Source: Clostridium sp. (GTDB lineage Bacteria > Bacillota > Clostridia > Clostridiales > Clostridiaceae). From it: a stretch of 52,191 bases of DNA. The position numbers and the translations under genes are program-made. Under the pieces are notes generated by a model. It was given only the letters and a program-made list of their open reading frames with translations, made no database searches and was not told where the DNA came from. The DNA is taken from contig JAKSUK010000001.1 in the NCBI GenBank assembly GCA_024409095.1, positions 1 to 52,191 of the forward strand. The letters are read 5' to 3'. This document shows positions 49,050-52,191 of this stretch, piece after piece (the first letter of the stretch is position 1; every line of letters begins with the position of its first letter).

Positions 49050-49153
49050 TTTAGTTAAAAAATATTTTTTCCTTTTTTTTTGAAGGAAAAAATATTTTTC
49101 TTTTAAATATATATTGTTGCACTTATGCGTTAAATAAGAGAAGGAGGCTCAAA

Positions 49154-49588
49154 ATGAGTTTAGATTTAAAATTAAAAACAAGACTACCAGAAGTAGATTA
49201 CACAAGGGGTGTACGCGAAGGAGTACATACAGTAAAACTACAAGAGGTTGAAGAAAAAGTTGCTACAAGTGGCAACACTTACTTAAAATTAATATATACA
49301 GATGTAGATTCTGGAGAAAGAATTATACACAACCTATACTTAGAAAGTAAGGCTAAACCAGAATTTGAAGAAAATACGCAAAACGCTCTCAGAGCAATTA
49401 CAAATGCTCTAGCAGAGCAGGAAGACTTAGAAGTAGGGGATAAAGGCACTTTAGCCGACGTCCTAACTATAGGTCATATATATAAAGTGGTCATAACTAG
49501 AGATGATCACGGTTATAAGTTTAATTATGCTCTAAGGGATATCGAAACTCTTGAGAGCTTTAAAAATACAGATGTAGCACCATTTTAA
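49154..49588 (+). CDS. Second DUF669-like OB-fold protein
   Basis: EGVHTVKLQEVEEKVATSGNTYLKL pattern; ends in an SSB-like DVAPF. Confidence 0.6.
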   Translation: MSLDLKLKTRLPEVDYTRGVREGVHTVKLQEVEEKVATSGNTYLKLIYTDVDSGERIIHNLYLESKAKPEFEENTQNALRAITNALAEQEDLEVGDKGTLADVLTIGHIYKVVITRDDHGYKFNYALRDIETLESFKNTDVAPF

Positions 49589-49629
49589 GTGCTACGTCTT
49601 TTTTTATACTACATTGTAAGGAGGTAAAT

Positions 49630-50196
49630 ATGGCTTTTATAAGAATGTCAGACCAAATTGAACACGGTGACGTGTTCTGGTGTCAATTACCTGTTCAAGC
49701 AGGTAATACGACACAAGGAAAAAGACCAGTTATTATTGTATCAAACAATAATAACAATAAGTATAGTAGCAATGTTACTATCGTACCATTGACTACTAAC
49801 ACAGATAAAGTAGGCACTCAGCCTACACATATCGCTGTTAAAGCACTAGAAGATAGTGTCGCACTATGTGAAGAAGTTCGCACAATATCAAAGACCTATT
49901 TGGGCACAAAAATAGGTTGCTTTGATCAAGAAGATATGTCCCGAGTTATTTTGGGTATTATGTGTCAAATAGATGCATTTAAATATTCAAAGAGTAAGTC
50001 TGAAGATACATCTTCAGAAAAGGAGTACGAGGAAAAACCAGTAGTTCACAAAAGAATTTGTGATAAACAAACAATAAAACAATTCTTAGACGATAACGAT
50101 CGTCTAACTGTAGATGAGATGATGAAGAAATATAATATTAGTACACGTACAGCCGTGTACCAACGTGTTTCAAAATACAGAAAAAAGTTCAAATAA
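49630..50196 (+). CDS. MazF/PemK-family endoribonuclease fused to a C-terminal HTH
   Basis: GDVFWCQL, KRPVIIVSN, VTIVPLTT, ALCEEVRTISK; C-terminal LTVDEMMKKYNISTRTAVYQRV. Confidence 0.85.
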   Translation: MAFIRMSDQIEHGDVFWCQLPVQAGNTTQGKRPVIIVSNNNNNKYSSNVTIVPLTTNTDKVGTQPTHIAVKALEDSVALCEEVRTISKTYLGTKIGCFDQEDMSRVILGIMCQIDAFKYSKSKSEDTSSEKEYEEKPVVHKRICDKQTIKQFLDDNDRLTVDEMMKKYNISTRTAVYQRVSKYRKKFK

Positions 50197-50204
50197 AATA
50201 AAAT

Positions 50205-50250
50205 TTTTGTTCCCCTCCCTTCGTGAGGGAACAAAACTTTTTTGTTTTTT
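50205..50250 (+). terminator. Intrinsic terminator
   Basis: TTTTGTTCCC/GGGAACAAAA stem followed by a T-tract. Confidence 0.75.
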
Positions 50251-50262
50251 ATCATAAATACA

Positions 50263-50297
50263 TTGACAATTGCATCAATGGATGATATAATTGCATC
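50263..50297 (+). promoter_or_regulatory. Consensus sigmaA promoter with two AATTGCATC boxes, driving the tRNA/ncRNA cluster and probably the Ubl operon
   Basis: TTGACA (50263)-17 bp-TATAAT (50286) with extended -10 TG; boxes at 50268-50276 and 50289-50297. Confidence 0.88.
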
Positions 50298-50478
50298 ATC
50301 CCAGTACAAAACAATATATGTTTATAACCAGGTGAAGAGGAAGAAAAGTGTGAAAAATAATGTCTCTTTATTGTTAAGATTGGTATTTATCGTAACAAAT
50401 TATAGATCATTGATGTATTAGCCTTACAGTATAACTTTTGAGCCCTTACAGCTTCAGTCACACTACCTGGTGCCTTAT

Positions 50479-50524
50479 AGAGAAGAAAGGAATGAAGTTA
50501 GTTCGAGTCTAACCTTCTCTACCA
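50479..50524 (+). ncRNA. 46-nt tRNA-like minihelix (acceptor stem, T-arm and ACCA; no D or anticodon arm)
   Basis: AGAGAAG-11 nt-GTTAG TTCGAGT CTAAC-CTTCTCT-ACCA. Confidence 0.7.
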
Positions 50525-50688
50525 AGTACTGTATATTGTCCTATGCAGTACTGTAATTGTTCAAACATTCAATATTTTAAAAAAAAGTTTATATCATTAA
50601 TATGACTCCTTTGGTATAAACAAATGCAATTTTCTAGAGATAGTAGTTTTGGTTTAGGTATCCTCCTTTCCAGGCTATTATCTCACAT

Positions 50689-50764
50689 CGAGGTGTAGTT
50701 CAATTAGTAGAACGCTAGTTTTGGGAACTAGAGGCAGTTGGGGCAGAACCAGCCACTTCGACCA
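50689..50764 (+). tRNA. tRNA-Pro(TGG) with atypical T-loop
   Basis: Acceptor CGAGGTG/CACTTCG, anticodon arm CTAGT-TTTGGGA-ACTAG, encoded CCA; T-loop GGCAGAA. Confidence 0.85.
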
Positions 50765-50878
50765 GCCTACATAAAGTAGGCATTCAGTTATTTTTATTTT
50801 AATATTATTTACGGGGACAAGGAAAAGTCTTTAAAACCCGACAGAGTGCCCTTAAGTCGTTAACAAAAGGGGTTTAAC

Positions 50879-50952
50879 TTCCAAATGGTGAAATGGTATC
50901 ACATCAGATTTTGATTCTGAGATTCTTAGTTCGAGTCTAGGTTTGGAAACCA
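50879..50952 (+). tRNA. tRNA-Gln(TTG)
   Basis: Acceptor TTCCAAA/TTTGGAA, anticodon arm TCAGA-TTTTGAT-TCTGA, T-loop TTCGAGT, encoded CCA. Confidence 0.92.
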
Positions 50953-51058
50953 GTGTATATGATCTGGGGAGATTAATATATACATTTTTATTGAGCCAAT
51001 ATATGATTGGTTCTAACGAGCCTAAAGGGCTCTATTTTTATATTAGGAGGAAAAGGTT

Positions 51059-51442
51059 ATGAAAATCAAAAATGAATCTGAAATACAAGTAGTAGTATTT
51101 CAATCAGAATTAACAGTAAAGGAGATCATGGATTTAAAAAGATACAATCCTGAATTGTTAGTAAAAACAGATGAAGAAGGAAATCAAGTGTTTAGAATTG
51201 ATTTTAATGATGTTGAAGGAGATATTTGCAAATACGCAGTAATATTCGATAAAGAAACTACTGAAGGTAATGCATTATACACTGTATCAATGAAAGCAAC
51301 AAATGAAGAAGTTGCTAGAAACTTTATCAGCGTTAAAAGAAATGTTGAAGAAATTGAAGAAAAAGCAATGAATTACATCAGAACATTAGAAGAAGACATT
51401 ATGACTTTAGCTAATGAAATTGGAGGTGCTAATAATGATTAA
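51059..51442 (+). CDS. Hypothetical protein translationally coupled to the Ubl gene
   Basis: RBS AGGAGG; stop overlaps the Ubl start. Confidence 0.75.
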   Translation: MKIKNESEIQVVVFQSELTVKEIMDLKRYNPELLVKTDEEGNQVFRIDFNDVEGDICKYAVIFDKETTEGNALYTVSMKATNEEVARNFISVKRNVEEIEEKAMNYIRTLEEDIMTLANEIGGANND

Positions 51443-51662
51443 TGTAACAATTGGTACTAACACTTCAAGAAAAAGAGTTATAGTTGAAGAAAACAAAACT
51501 TTAAGAGAAATTTTAGCAGAAAATGAAGTAAATACAGCAGTAGGTACTGTACATGTTGATGGTATCCCAGTATCTGTATCAGAAATGGGACAAACATTAG
51601 CAGAATTGAACATTAGTGATGGTGCTTACATCATCGCAGTAGCTAAGGCTGATAATGCATAA
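51435..51662 (+). CDS. Ubiquitin-like (beta-grasp) protein, 75 aa, ending KADNA
   Basis: RBS GGAGGTG before ATG 51435. Pattern INVTI..KRVIV..KTLREIL..VHVDG..QTLAELNISDGAYIIAV matches ubiquitin topology (compare TLxDYNI); E1, E2 and JAB genes are adjacent. Confidence 0.8.
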   Translation: MINVTIGTNTSRKRVIVEENKTLREILAENEVNTAVGTVHVDGIPVSVSEMGQTLAELNISDGAYIIAVAKADNA

Positions 51663-51665
51663 ATA

Positions 51666-51689
51666 AAGAGCCGAAAGGCTCTTTTATTT
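51666..51689 (+). terminator. Terminator/attenuator between Ubl and E2-like genes
   Basis: AAGAGCC-GAAA-GGCTCTT followed by TTTATT. Confidence 0.7.
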
Positions 51690-51712
51690 ATATAAAAAAG
51701 GAGGTATAAAAG

Positions 51713-52191
51713 ATGGAGTTATATAATGATGATTTTAATTCAGAACTAAAAACTAATTTACATAGCATGTTATTCAATATCAGTAACTGGATGACACCAA
51801 AATTTCTAACTACATACAACAGGGACGGATTTCCAGTCCCTTATTGGTTTAATTTATTTAATTTTACGCCAATAAATCATATTACTTTATCAAATGATAA
51901 AGTATTCTTAAAACAAGAACATTTAGATATATTTATAAAAGAAGATAATGAAATACCGTATCCAGATTTTCTAGATACACTTGATTTTTCAATCAGTTCT
52001 AGTGCACCTACAGGAAAATTACAATTTAATTTCATTAATACAAGTACAGGGAAAATTATCTATAAAATACTAGATAAATTTGCAGCTGAAGAACAAACAA
52101 CAGGTTCTTTTAATTTTAAATTAGAAAAATTAGAAGAATTATCAGCTGCTTTTAAAATAAGCAATAATCATAGTATTTCTATGTATAAATT
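51713..52191 (+). CDS. 5' part of the E2-like protein (MELYNDDFNSELK...), continuing at position 1
   Basis: RBS AAGGAGG, ATG 51713, open to the window end; the last TT plus A1 gives TTA, in frame with 2..1000. Confidence 0.75.
   Translation, partial: MELYNDDFNSELKTNLHSMLFNISNWMTPKFLTTYNRDGFPVPYWFNLFNFTPINHITLSNDKVFLKQEHLDIFIKEDNEIPYPDFLDTLDFSISSSAPTGKLQFNFINTSTGKIIYKILDKFAAEEQTTGSFNFKLEKLEELSAAFKISNNHSISMYK

Noticed and set aside
50327-50524. tmRNA (one- or two-piece)
   Set aside because: No GGGG 5' end or G3:U70 alanine determinant, no tag ORF ending in AA, and too short.
1-52191. Alternative genetic code (stop-codon reassignment)
   Set aside because: Genes are full length and densely packed under the standard code, using TAA, TAG and TGA as stops; no suppressor tRNA.

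Overview
The window looks like a complete, circularly permuted ~52.2 kb AT-rich tailed phage genome. Podovirus-like morphology and a Bacillota (Firmicutes) host are inferred from the gene set, strong AAGGAGG RBSs, sigmaA-type promoters and an XlyA-type amidase. The ORF running off the right end (51713..52191) continues in frame into position 1, so the ends join. The plus strand carries early/accessory genes, a tRNA/ncRNA cluster, a ubiquitin-like conjugation operon (Ubl, E2-like, JAB protease, E1/ThiF) and a retron-type reverse transcriptase. It then carries a replication block: SNF2 helicase, AAA recombinase, DUF669 SSB, TOPRIM-MCM primase-helicase, PolA, RuvC-like resolvase and YqaJ exonuclease. 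The minus strand carries terminase, dUTPase, portal, scaffold, capsid, tail and receptor-binding proteins, lysis genes and a 2951-aa internal virion protein. The main candidate novel system is the retron-type RT flanked on BOTH sides by msr/msd-like ncRNA units. The two units share a covarying architecture but have different msd-like cargo, and they sit directly downstream of the phage ubiquitin-like pathway. Other oddities are an armless mini-tRNA, an sRNA hairpin complementary to one phage RBS, repeated leader pseudoknots and a circularly permuted DEDDh exonuclease inside the giant virion protein. All calls come from manual motif reading; no database search or folding program was run.
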